A DNA stretch of 62,759 nt, counting the filler, from Octopus bimaculoides (taxonomy: Eukaryota), in assembly GCF_001194135.2 (NCBI RefSeq). It is 5 parts of 4 records of this genome, joined end to end, with 100 filler letters (N's around TTAATTAATTAA, not from the genome) between each part and the next. Parts side by side here need not be neighbours in the genome. Positions count along the whole stretch, not along the records: positions 1 to 19,750 come from NC_068982.1; 4 more parts are not named here. The stretch is one strand, 5' to 3'. A model generated the notes under the pieces. It was not told the origin of the DNA and did not search any database. It saw only the letters and a list, made by a program, of their open reading frames with translations. Both the position numbers and the translations under genes were made by a program. Shown in pieces: positions 1-12,345 of this stretch (position 1 is the first letter of the stretch; every line of letters starts with the position of its first letter).

Positions 1-17
1 ATATATATATATATATA

Positions 18-171
18 CGGCAGGCTACTTTCAGTTTCTGTCTACCAAATCCACTCACAAGGCTTTGGTCGACCCCAGGCTACAGTAGAAGACACTTACC
101 CAAGGTGTCATGCAGTGGACTGAACCTGGAACCATGTGGTTTAAAAGCCAGCTTCTTACCTCACAGCCATG
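18..171 (-). mobile_element. tRNA-type SINE family F1, 5' half
   Basis: Reverse complement reads TGGCTGTGAGGTAAG..GGTTCAGTCCACTGC..CCTTGGGTAAGTGTCTTCTACTGTAGCC..CCTTGTGAGTGGATTTGGTAGACAGAAACTGAAAG (Pol III A/B-box-like head). Homologous to copies at 4566 and 20486. Confidence 0.8.
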
Positions 172-601
172 TCTACATATGTATATGTTTATGTGTGAAA
201 TATATGTATAATCATGATTTGACAACAATGTTCCATGCTGGCTTGGGTTGCCTTTCTTGACACTACAGAATATACTAGGTCTTTTTTCATGCAGCTTGCA
301 AGACTAAGATCGCCTTTAACTGAATGATATATTTATTTATTTATTTATTTATTTATTTGTATAGCTTCGGATTCAAAAGGCCACAGCTATTTAATATCTA
401 GATTGTATGTGAGTAGATGTTTTTAAGAAGCAACTTGATCTTCTACTGCCTAAGATCCTAGATTAACCTACCCCAGCAAGCTCAAAAGAGGGCAGCAATA
501 TCAAACTCACTCCTTCACCAAAAGCTTATCATACAATACCGATGAGGACACTTCCAATACCTCAGCATGGTCATAGCTTCTGGGCTGAAATGCATAAAAG
601 A

Positions 602-646
<45 letters not shown>

Positions 647-687
647 AATTTGATATGTAATACCTATATAACACAGATATATATATG

Positions 688-770
688 TAAGCTTGCCCAC
701 CCAGGGATGAGCTTACAAAAGGTGGTGCCCCAGCATGGCCACAGCTCTTAGCTGAAACCACAAAAAAACA
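688..770 (+). mobile_element. Isolated CR1/F1-type retroposon 3' tail
   Basis: GGTGGTGCCCCAGCATGGCCA-CAGCT-CTT-AGCTG-AAACC matches the tail motif of the CR1 LINE at 49461-49528 and of F1 SINEs. Confidence 0.6.
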
Positions 771-1750
771 TGTATATGTTTAAATTTATACATAATATCT
801 ATAGAACATAATATATATATAATGAATATATATGTATAATATATACAATATATATAATATATACATGTGTGTGTGCGTAAGTACATACATACATACATAC
901 ATACATACATACATACATACATACAGACAGACGGTTGAAAACTGTATTGTATTTTCCCCCCATCATGACTACCATTAATAACTGCCGTGATCAAGTTTGC
1001 TTTAATTTCGATCTGCATAAATGCCTGTTTGAACTGAAGGTGACTAGAATTAATTGGCTAGAGTAACACTGGTAAAAAAAAAAAAGAGCATTGTAATAAT
1101 TAGAAAATTAAATAAAAACTAGTGTTTGAGTAAATTATTAATGTGTCAGCAAAACTCAATTTGTATTAATATCATAATATGAATAGTTTGTGTTGTGATG
1201 AGAGATACATTTAATGTTTCAGGGATGGCTCTTCTCCAAAGAAATTATGATGTGTGTTTGTGTGTGTGGAATTTCTTAGAGAGAACCGCCAAGTGAGTAA
1301 CTAGGGCTAAAAGATTGCTCACCAGTGCAATGGAGTCACCAAAACCAGGTTGAGATGAAAGCTGAAAAATTTGAAAATGGCATGTATGAACATTCAGAGA
1401 TAGCAGCTCACAAACAGACACTCATATAGATGGGTATGTTCATAATCTTACCTATGCAAGTTGTTGATGGTTAAAGAATTAAAAATGTTAAATCGTAGGA
1501 TGACAGTTTTATTCTGTTCACATTTATGAGCTCTGATGCAATTATACACATATATACTCAAGTGTATATGAGTGTATGTAGACATACATTTATACAATAA
1601 TTAGATAGCTTAACTCATCTATAAAATATCGACTTCTACTGATCGATTCACCTTTATTCAATTTACTATTGAACCTGTTACTTTCAGGCTTTTAAACGTC
1701 ATTCTTTAATTTTTATTCTTATTTCCATTTTTATATTTTGTTCTTTTCCT

Positions 1751-1786
<36 letters not shown>

Positions 1787-3096
1787 ATGTGTGAATATGT
1801 ACAAGGATGATATTTTGATTTTACTGTTGTTTCAGATTAGCTCTGCACAATAGATTTTGAAAGCCTATTGTCACCACTAACTTTAATAACACTATTAGAT
1901 TTTCTGGTTGAAAATCAATTTGTTGTTTTCTCTTCACCATCATTTTTCTCTTTTCTCTTCTCCCTTTTTCCCTTCATCTAAGTCTTTTCTTCTGTTGCCT
2001 TCACTTCCACCTCTCTCTCTCTCTCATTAAAACCAAATCTTACTATCATAGTATTCCGTGTGTGTTTCTTAAGCAATTCCATTATGGTGCTTTTGAAATT
2101 TTGACACTCAAGTAATCCTAAGCAACTGGGCTTTACAAGTGTTTCATTTGCAGTTATTCCAGTGATGTGATGCATCTATTTCTCTTGTAATCAAGGAAAG
2201 TAAAGTTAAAAGCACTTTTCCAGATGGCAATATTCTGAAAATTTGCCTATGTGCATCATCTGCTTAAGAACATAACCATCGATATATACATTTACAAAGC
2301 ATAACTCTCATCATGTTCCTGTCTGCGATACATGTTTTTGTCTTCTCTTCTCTTCTCTTTTTTCTTCTATGGCTTCCTCTGCTTTACATTATCTAAATAA
2401 TTTTTTACATGAAAGAAACTGAAAGCGCTACCACTTGAGAATACACTCCTTGGAGACATTCTAAAAGTAAAATCAATAATTGCAAGTTTTCTGGCATTTC
2501 TGGTCTGTCTCATACATTTTCTAATATTTACATAACTAGGTTGAACAGTAACAACAACACTAACAATGATGGTGACAGCAACAACAGTCCTACCCATTTC
2601 TAATCTATGGCAGCTTCTATGACAAATATGTAAATTTTATTGTCTGGCATTGGGGAATCACAACACTTAAGTTATATAAATGAACAAAGCTGTGTCATCA
2701 AGTCAACAGTGCATTATTTATTAAGCAAACATTTTCAGGAATCGATAAAATAAAGTACCAGTTGTTATTGCTTTGCCCCAAGTCTGCCCTAATTTCTGCA
2801 GACTTGTATGTTCAAAGGCGACTGGGCTTGATCATCTCGTCCCATCTTTTGTATGTATATCATAGAGTAGATCTGCCAATATGTTCTTTCTTATCCCAAA
2901 CAACAGAACAAGATTTGAGGGAGATTTAGCTGTTATTTCTATAACAGCAGATTGAATTACCTTGTAGACTTCTGTGTGTCACCAGCAATCCAAGTGGAGC
3001 AATACAGTTGAGTATCTGCACACAAAAAAAACTTAAGCATGGCTCTAGTGCCAAGAAAATAAATTGTTATGTAAAAAAAATGTAAATTCTTTTTAA

Positions 3097-3327
3097 TTAA
3101 CCCTTTTGTTACCATATTTCTATAGAAATACCCAGCCTTTGTTTCAATTGATTTTGAAAATAACAAAGGATTTGTCAAAATTACTTTATCATTATTTTAC
3201 TGGTGTTTGCAACATAAATTAATATGAAACTTTGATTGAAGGTTTTAATTTAGTTCACTTTTAAAACAGGAAATTTATATCATAGTGCCAGGGGTGGTCC
3301 CAGGCAGATCAATATCAAAAGAGTCAA
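3097..3327. mobile_element. piggyBac-like MITE (degraded)
   Basis: Left end TTAA-CCCTTTTGTTACC; right end AATATCAAAAGAGTCAA is a decayed inverted copy. A related partial copy lies at about 16318-16480. Confidence 0.45.
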
Positions 3328-3699
3328 AATCTATGAACTGATTTCAGTTTACATCTCTCCTGTCTATTGTAAGGACATGAACATCTCAATTTTCATATCC
3401 TTTCAATTATTCATCTAAAAGTTTTGTGTTTAATTAATAATTAACAAATTCTTATTTGCATATCATTTCTATTAATAAAGGGTGGTGTATTGGCAAAGTC
3501 ACTTTGGGTGTCAAACAAAATGCCTTGCAGATTTTTCTTTTGGTTTTTTACAGTATGAGTTCAAACTCTGCTAATGCCAACTTTACTTTTCACCCTTCTT
3601 GGCTTGATAAAATACTTGTCAAATACTGAGGTTGATATAATCCACTGAACCTGCCCTTAAAATTTTTGGCCTAGTGCCAATCTAAGAAATTATTATTAT

Positions 3700-3930
3700 C
3701 AAAGTAGCAAAATGAGAAAATCACTAGCATGCCAGACAAAATGCTTAGTGGCATTTCTCCCAGCATTTCTTCTGGCTCTTTACATTCTGGGTTCAAATTA
3801 TGCTGAGGTCAGCTTTGCCTTTCATCCTTTCAGGGTCAGTAAAATAAGTACCAGTTGAGTTCTGGGGGCGATGTAATCAACTAGCCCGTTACCCCAAAAT
3901 TTCAGGCCTTGGGCCTATAGTAGAAAGAAT
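3700..3930 (+). mobile_element. tRNA-type SINE family F2 (old, CpG-decayed); further degraded copies at about 3480-3690 and 3950-4470
   Basis: Aligns with intact F2 at 45817-46048: CAAAATGCTTAG..GGGTTCAAAT..CTTTGCCTTTCATCCTTTCAGGGTCAGTAAAATAAGTACCAG..CAGGCCTTGGGCCTATAGTAGAAAG. Confidence 0.8.
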
Positions 3931-4565
3931 TGTTGTTGTTTGCCTTGTAATATTTGCTCTATTTACACTATGTGTTAAAATCCTGCTAATTCAGCTTTGT
4001 CTTTCTTTCATCCTTCCAGGGTAAAAAAATTAAATAAATAAAAAAAGTGTTAGTTTAGTACCAAGGTCAATATAACTATTTAAGCCTCTTCAAATTTCTC
4101 ATCTTGGATCTATATTTGAAACTATCACCAGGGTGGTGGGTTAGCAGAATCAGTAGAGCATAAGAAAAATGCCTTGTGCTCTGTTAACATTGTTTGCATT
4201 TTAAGTTCAATTCCTTCTAAGGTTAACTTTACCCTTTATCCCTCCAGCAGCATTGTCTTAAGGCATGGGCACACTGAACAGTTGCCCAAGGGCCTCATGG
4301 GTCTGGAAGCCCAATTCTGATCTATGTATGCTGTAGTTTGTGGTCAATAAATACTGTAGAGCTCAGTGCATTGATTTGCTCTGGGGCCCATAGTACTGTG
4401 AAGATGGCCCTGCCCTTCAGGGTTGATAAAGTAAATTACCAGTCAAGAATTGGGGTTAGTTTTCTTGATGGACCTTTTCTTTTGAATTTCTTCTCACGTA
4501 TACAGAATCAACTGTCTTCACATTTATAATCACACATGTACATTAAACTTGCACTTAGACACAGA

Positions 4566-4957
4566 TATGGCTGTGTGGTAAGAAGTTTGATTCCCAACCA
4601 CATGGTTTCAGCTTCAGTCCCACTGCATGGCACATTGTACTTTAGCTCCAGGTTGTTCAATGCCTTGTGAGTGGATTTGGTCAACTGGAAACTGAAAGAT
4701 GCCCATCATATATGCATGTAAATATGTATATTATGTATGTGTGTATGTATATGTGTTTGTGCCTGTTCCCCCACCACTTTTTCACTGTTGTTCATTTGCT
4801 TATGTAAGCACAACTTAGTGCTTCAGTAACAGAGTCCAACAGAATAAGTACCAGACTTGAAAAGCACTGGGGTCAATTTGTTTGACTAAAAGCTCTTCAA
4901 AGCTGTATCCCAGCATGGCTGCAGTCCAGTGAGTGAGACAAGTAAAAGATAGAAGAT
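4566..4957 (+). mobile_element. Near full-length F1 SINE with CR1-type tail (old)
   Basis: TGGCTGTGTGGTAAG head, CCTTGTGAGTGGATTTGG body, internal (TA/TG) tract, tail CCCAGCATGGCTGCAGTC..GAGACAAGTAAAAGATAG. Confidence 0.8.
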
Positions 4958-5569
4958 GAAACAAAGCAAAATAAAGCACAGAAAAAAATAATGAAAAATG
5001 CATATATCATTATTACTATTACTCTGTTATTCTGGAACTATATTTTAAGCATTGAGTTACTCATTAAGCAGTAATTAGTGCTAAATATCTCTAGTTTCTT
5101 GGTTTGTACCCATTATTTCTACTTTTGTTGTCAAGATGCACATAAAGCACACTTAGCTCATGTTTCAGTATTCAATGTACTGAAATGTTTATACACTTCA
5201 GTAAAATTGGTCAGAGTTTGTGGTAGTGTTTTGCCCTCTGTATGCCCATTAACTCTGGATAGATGCATTTACTGGTGTGATATTTCCAGTTTCAAATTTC
5301 TCTCTGACAGTAATTTATATTGTTGTTCTTCTCAAATAAGTCCAATGGTACTATAGCATTCCTTTGGGATCTAGCATTTCCAATATCTAATTGTTGCTGT
5401 CCTTCCATTATGGCCAAGAATATTTTGTCTTCTTTGGCAAATCCTGTTATATTATATGTTTAGCCTATTTATCTTTTTTTTCTTCTTGTAATTTTATTGA
5501 AACTCATTCATATCTTGAATTATTCTTTGAGTGAAATATAGTACTATTTGTGTATGTATTAAGATGAAG

Positions 5570-5628
<59 letters not shown>

Positions 5629-5656
5629 NNNNNNNNNNNNNNNNNNNNNNNNNNNN

Positions 5657-5721
<65 letters not shown>

Positions 5722-5926
5722 TCTCCCCCTCCTTGTATCCATATACTTCTCATTTCTCTAACCCATATGCAAGTATATGTCTCCCTTCAGATATCTATCT
5801 TTCTTTCGCTTCATACATTTAATTATGTGACCTTTTCTCTCTCAGTCTCTGTTTGCCTTTTCTTTCTCTCCTTCTCTCTCTCTCTCTCCCTCTCTCACCA
5901 GTTTTATTTATTTATTAATATTTCAG

Positions 5927-6024
5927 AGGTCTTGATATTCCAATGGTAGATTTGATAATTAATCACAATATTCCAAACAACCCCAAAAACTATGTACATC
6001 GTGTTGGCCGGACAGCTAGAGCAG
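5927..6024 (+). CDS. DDX49: Internal coding exon of a DEAD-box RNA helicase, most similar to DDX49/Dbp8 (motifs V-VI)
   Basis: Acceptor ..tttattaatatttcag, donor gtaagt. Translation (R)[32 protein letters not shown](G) has motif V RGLDIP and motif [12 protein letters not shown]. The INHNxP..PKxYxH spacer fits DDX49 better than DDX47. No other exon recognised. Confidence 0.88.
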
Positions 6025-6365
6025 GTAAGTGACTATTTATTCGCAAATTGCAATATGCATTAATTTTTCAGCGTGTGTGCATGAATTGCACACTCAACAT
6101 GTGTTGTTATCTGACTATGTGCATGAAAACAATGCATTCTTTAAAAAATTGTGTGGGTGTGTGGGTTCAAGGTGTGCTCCAGCATGTCATTGGCCCTCAT
6201 GGCTGAATGCTCATACAAAACATGTGTTATGTTGAGAAGTAGGGATGTGATCCACAAAGGACCAGCTTCATTTTGATGTATGATACATGTTCCTGTGTTG
6301 GTAAGTATACCTGTCCTAAACAAAATAGCATTACTTTTTGACTCACCCACATATATATATATATA

Positions 6366-6850
6366 TGGGAAACCCACGAAGACATGAGAGGAATTACTGA
6401 AGAATGACTTCAATACACTGAATCCTTCAGGTGAGATGACAAAGGACCGAGATGCCTGGTGCCTTGCTGTATTCAAGAAGACCCTTACTCCACAGCAGAA
6501 GAGTTAAGACCAATCCCTCTGGCGGTGAACAGCAATTGTGATGCTGTTATGTAAAAGCACCAGTGCAGTGACACCACATAAAAGTGCCTGTGTGTTGCCA
6601 CCTAAAAGCACCCATCTGGTGCCTTGTAAAAACGCCTGTCCGGTGTCATATGAAAATGCCCATGTGGTACCACGTAAAAGCACCCAAGACACTCTGTGTA
6701 GTGGTTGGCGTTAGAAAGGGCATGCAGCTGTAGAAACCATGCCAAATCAGACTGGAGTCTGGTGCAGCTCCCCAGCTTACTAGTTCTGGTCAAACCATCC
6801 AACCCATGTCAATAGGGACAATGAATGTTAAATGATTATAATAATGATAC
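6366..6850 (+). mobile_element. RTE-clade LINE 3' end: decayed ORF C-terminus plus 3' UTR
   Basis: Frame GKPTKT*EELLKNDFNTLNPSGEMTKDRDAWCLAVFKKT resembles the RTE C-terminus (GRPRKTW..DR..WR..V). The UTR has GGTTGGCGTTAGAAAGGGCAT..CAACCCATG..GTTAAATGAT, as in the younger copies. Confidence 0.65.
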
Positions 6851-7727
6851 ATGCACACATCTGTAACTTTCTTACCTCTCTTTAGTTATGTGGCTAGTTC
6901 ATTTTGGGGGCACCACCTTGTATGTATATAGCACTAATGTGCATATAAAACAGGCCTCCGTATGCTTTCCATATACCAAATATTACTTAGGTGGCATTGA
7001 CCTTCTGTCAGGTTATTGTTAGAAGAGAATTGCACTCAGTACTCTGCCCAGAGATTGAACACTGAAAAACATGGTTGTTAAGTGAATTTCAGAACCTCAG
7101 CACCATGCCTATGATTATTATTATCTGTTCAATTTACCATCATACTTCATTCAGTGCGCTTTTGACTGTCTTAATGCATATTTATGAATAAACCTGGAGA
7201 GGATAAATTTAATGCTACTCTACGCGTTGCTAATGATGGGACAGATTTCTTTTATGCTACAGTTTCCCTATTGACATCAGATTCAATTAACAGTTATTGT
7301 GAAAAGCATTTTGGATATAGTATATGATATTCAGCTTCATTACATGCATTATTACAATTTCTCGATCAAGGAATTTTTGACCTTGGTTATATGTTGGTAT
7401 TGCTCACAATATCCATTTTGGCATTATTGTACTAAGTATTCTGGTGCCAGAGTTATCAAGTACATGAATATTAATTTTCTAACATAACATCACAAAACTA
7501 ATTTGTTGCTTGCCATCAAACAAAGGATTTTCTCTTCTTTTATCCTTCCCCATTCACACAAAAAAATAAAATTGTGGATGTGATATATATAGTATGCATG
7601 TTTATATGTATATATATATGTATGTATGTCTAAGTATGTATGTATACATGTGTGTGTATATAAATATGTATCTATATTTGTGCTTGAGTGTGTATATTTA
7701 TAAATATTTATTTACATATATATATGT

Positions 7728-7764
<37 letters not shown>

Positions 7765-8036
7765 NNNNNNNNNNNNNNNNNNNNNNNNNNNNNNNNNNNN
7801 NNNNNNNNNNNNNNNNNNNNNNNNNNNNNNNNNNNNNNNNNNNNNNNNNNNNNNNNNNNNNNNNNNNNNNNNNNNNNNNNNNNNNNNNNNNNNNNNNNNN
7901 NNNNNNNNNNNNNNNNNNNNNNNNNNNNNNNNNNNNNNNNNNNNNNNNNNNNNNNNNNNNNNNNNNNNNNNNNNNNNNNNNNNNNNNNNNNNNNNNNNNN
8001 NNNNNNNNNNNNNNNNNNNNNNNNNNNNNNNNNNNN

Positions 8037-8067
<31 letters not shown>

Positions 8068-8581
8068 TCTACACATATATATACACACACACACATTGTA
8101 ATTTTACGATGTTCATCTATCATTTGACTTTCTTTCCCAGTGAAGTGAAATGAATGCAAAATCTCTGAAATAAATTAACTTTATTTATGAGAGCATCTTC
8201 CAATATATTCATTTCAATTTAGCCTCTAATTGTCTTGCAGGCATCAGCAAAGACAATCCGGTATTAATAGACGTTGATGTCAGATTAACAGCTGAATATT
8301 AATGGGTAGATTTCAATTGGCAGAAATTTGTGATAGCTAAGGAATATAGTCCTAATGATCTAAATTACAATTCTGTAACTATGCTTTGTTTATGTTAGAG
8401 TAGAGACCACGTTAATAGGCAAGTAAATACTTCTGTAATTAACTGCACTTTATCATCTAGTACAGGCAGAGTTAATTATCTAAATAACTCCACTGTAACA
8501 ATTTCTTTTATCTATTCGATCATGTGTGTGAGTGTGCAGGTACATGCATTTTATATATACATACATAGATATATATATATA

Positions 8582-8826
8582 TGTGCGGGTGGCACATAAA
8601 AGACACCATTTCGAGCGTGGCCGTTTTCGTGCGGGTGACACGTAAAAGCACCCACTATACTCTCTGAGTGGTTGGCGTTAGGAAGGGCATCCAGCTGTAG
8701 AAACTCTGCAAAATTAGATTGGAGCCTGGTGTTGCCATCCAGTTTCACCAGTCCTCAGTCAAATCGTCCAACCCATGCTAGCATGGAAAGCGGACGTTAA
8801 ACGATGATGATGATGATGATGATGAT
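8582..8826 (+). mobile_element. Young 5'-truncated RTE-type 3' UTR copy ending in (GAT)n
   Basis: GGTTGGCGTTAGGAAGGGCATCCAGCTGTAGAAAC..CCCATGCTAGCATGGAAAGCGGACGTTAAAC(GAT)n. About 98% identical to 19527-19750 by manual alignment. Confidence 0.8.
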
Positions 8827-8923
8827 ATATATGTATGTATGTATATATCCATATGTATGTATATGAACATATAAATATATGTATACATATATTTATATGT
8901 TCATATACATGCATATGTATATA

Positions 8924-8976
<53 letters not shown>

Positions 8977-9025
8977 ATATATACATATGTATATGTGTGT
9001 ATATATACATGTATATATATGTGTG

Positions 9026-9057
<32 letters not shown>

Positions 9058-9077
9058 CACACACACATACATATATA

Positions 9078-9296
9078 TGAAGGGATGCTGAAAAGTTTTT
9101 GGCTTTAAGGCTATCACAAAAAGCCTCGTTTGAGGCCCAACACTCCAAGTTCTTTAACAGGACTTAATAAAACTGAAGGGCCACTGCAATAAGTGTGCGA
9201 ATTTGTGAGGAGAATATGTGGAATAAAATCATGATTTGCTGATCTACCTGTATTTTCTTTTACCCAAAGCCAGGAACTGTCCAGCACCACCTCGTG
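9078..9296 (+). mobile_element. Non-autonomous mariner-derived MITE
   Basis: Ends GAAGGGATGCTGAAAAGTTTTTGGCTTT and AAAGCCAGGAACTGTCCAGCACCACCTCG are inverted repeats in a TA context. The interior retains a transposase C-terminal remnant (LKGHCNKCANL*GEYVE*). Confidence 0.7.
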
Positions 9297-12059
9297 TGTA
9301 TATACACACATACACACACACATTTGTATTTACATATATGGTTGTGCTGTGTGTGTTTATGCATGCCTGTGTGCCATAATTATCCTGTCTGTTTTACTAT
9401 CTTTGTGTTAGTTGGATAGATGTTCTCCAGCTCAGTACACACACACACACACAAAAGGAGACCGAAACACATAACCATATACACACAAAGACACATATTG
9501 AGACACACATCCATACATAACAGACACGTTTGTAGTTACACAAATTCATACTTGCAAACACACTCAAACATGCGCACATAAAGAGACAGAGGTACACACA
9601 CAATTACACATACATACAAACACAAACATGCACACACAAACACATGAATATGCAGAATACATACATACACACATGCATCACATACATATACATGCAAACA
9701 CAAACACATGCACACTGGTGCACACATATGCACACAAACAGACAAAATGAACATAGCTCCAATAACAGATAGAGCCAACAACTATTGATAAGGTTGCAAA
9801 ATCAAAGAGCAATTAGCAGTATTCATTCTGGTACACTGCATTCTCAGTTCAAATCCTACTGATGCCAACTTCAGCTTTTTTTTTGTGTGTGTGTGATGTA
9901 GGTTTAATATAGTACTTGCTCTATACTAAGGTCAAGACTTCTTGTTTTCATACTTTCTCAGGTTTTCTCTTTTACACACAGTTAAGAGAAGGGCTCTATC
10001 AGTTTTATAGATGTCCAATACTTGCTGTATTCCATCGCTATGGTTCCATTCACAAGCTGAGGGCCCAAGTAAAGAAGGTTATATATACATGTGTGTAAGC
10101 ATTTGTCTATATGCATGTCTACATACACATATGAATATGCACCTACTGGTGACTCTGAAGTTTCTTAAGCTTAGAGACTAAACATTCCTGTGTATTTGGG
10201 AAATTTAAGATGTGTGGAAATGACTCTTTATTTAAACAGGTTTTTCACATTTTTGAATTCAAGCAAAATTGTTTATTACAAGTTAAAATAATTGTTGTAT
10301 CTCTTGTTGAAATGAAACTTCAGATTTTTGGAAACCTTTTTGGGTGATTCTCAAGTTCTCTTAAGAGTTTGCTGTTTCCTTTCTACTTTCTCCAAGACGC
10401 TGATCTCATTGAGAAATGTTTCATCTGATCAGTATTCACGTGTCTGAACAGAAGTAAATAAGTTCAGATCAAGAGTTACTGTTTGGGGAATGTCTGAAAT
10501 ACAGTCCATCCTTTGGCATGCATTCAATTCTTGATAGGTACTTGAACGGGAATGCAGAATTTTGAATCGCTTTACCACTTTATAAGATTTCTTTGGAATT
10601 TTGGGGTCAGGAGCCATCCAAGGAGATATTTCAGTGAGAGAGATTCCAACTGAATTATATTAATCATATATTTCAAGACAATGAAAAAAAAAAAACAATA
10701 AGAAAAAAAAAGAAGAGCAAAGGTAGGCTCTATATTGTATTTTTCATCTTCATAGTTTCACTCGCTTAACAACTTCTAATGAACATCTACTGTGTGTGTG
10801 ACCTAATCTTTGAACTATTAATTCATGTTTGGCATTTGTGGTGCATTGTATTAGAATGTATAAGCGTGTCCTGGCTCATAAATTTATTAAGCTGAAAACA
10901 GATCTTCTTAGCTGTATGACTCTGACAAGAAACACTGTTAATGATTGTAATAAAAGACTGTAATTTGATGTTGAATAGTTTGGTGCTAGGTAATTAAATA
11001 AATGGAAACAGTTGGCAAATGTTGGAATTGGTAACTTTGAAAGAAGTGCTTGTTTATTTCTTGTTACCTTAGTTACAGATTAACCAAAATTAGGATTCTA
11101 TATATTTGAAGAATATTGCTGTGTTTAAGAATCTGCCTGACAAACTCTACTGTTATTTACTGGGAGAATTCTGCAATGCAGGCATCAGGCTTAAATTTAA
11201 TTGAAGTGGGGGGAGAAACTCATGTGTTATGTTTCTGATTTAATTGACATGTGTAAAAATTTAGTCTCGTTGAACTGACAGTGTGTAAAAATTCTTTAGT
11301 TGAAAGTGAACAATACATACTTGCAACCCACTCACCCATATGTCGTACATTTCTCTTTGATGAAGAGGTGATGCTTTCCCATTTGTTTCCCAAGAATAGC
11401 GTGTTTGATGTTTAAATTTTCAAGAAAATATCAAACTCTCATTATATAAAAAAAATTTGTTGATATTTGAATAAATGTCATTGTGTGTGTGTGTTGATGA
11501 ACAAAACTGATGATTGCTGACATAATTACTATCACACAAGTACCTTGGAATAATTGAACATTCACCTGAAACTTTTAGTCTCTTTTGTTACTGAAAACAT
11601 TCTATATATGTTTATATATATATATATATATATATATCTGTATCTATCTCTCTCTCTCTCTCTCNNNNNNNNNNNNNNNNNNNNNNNNNNNNNNNNNNNN
11701 NNNNNNNNNNNNNNNNNNNNNNNNNNNNNNNNNNNNNNNNNNNNNNNNNNNNNNNNNNNNNNNNNNNNNNNNNNNNNNNNNNNNNNNNNNNNNNNNNNNN
11801 NNNNNNNNNNNNNNNNNNNNNNNNNNNNNNNNNNNNNNNNNNNNNNNNNNNNNNNNNNNNNNNNNNNNNNNNNNNNNNNNNNNNNNNNNNNNNNNNNNNN
11901 NNNNNNNNNNNNNNNNNNNNNNNNNNNNNNNNNNNNNNNNNNNNNNNNNNNNNNNNNNNNNNNNNNNNNNNNNNNNNNNNNNNNNNNNNNNNNNNNNNNN
12001 NNNNNNNNNNNNTGATTTTAATTGAGTTGTTACCTGTAATTCTGGATTTTTATCCCTAA

Positions 12060-12104
<45 letters not shown>

Positions 12105-12129
12105 TATAAAACAAATAATAAATGAGTAT

Positions 12130-12345
12130 ATGCATATATACGTACAAGTATGTGCATACCTACATTTACCTGTATATATAGGTGCATATCTGGGTACAGG
12201 ACGTTGCAAACAAAACGTAGACAAGAAAAATAATAATAGCCAGAATACAGAAAACACACAGGCCACATAGAGAACATTTTCTTTCATCAGCTGCCACCAT
12301 TCTAACACAGGCGTTTTGAAGAGTTAGGGCAGGACGCATTGTTAA
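12130..12345. repeat. Unclassified dispersed repeat; homolog in opposite orientation at 26990-27200
   Basis: Shared blocks GCATATxxGGGTACAGGACGTT, TTCATCAGCTGCC and GGCAGGACGCA. Confidence 0.65.

Noticed and set aside
6548-6685. CRISPR-like repeat-spacer look
   Set aside because: Eukaryotic context, degenerate short repeats, no cas genes, and the array is part of a LINE 3' UTR found in several copies.
7175-7435. About 85-codon plus-strand frame with one stop (MNKPGEDKF..ILALLY)
   Set aside because: No DDX49 similarity, an internal stop, and no convincing splice sites or known family.
8241-8302. Acceptor tgtcttgcAG as the next DDX49 exon
   Set aside because: In-frame translation GISKDNPVLIDVDVRLTAEY* has no similarity to the expected GRxGxAITLVTQ sequence.
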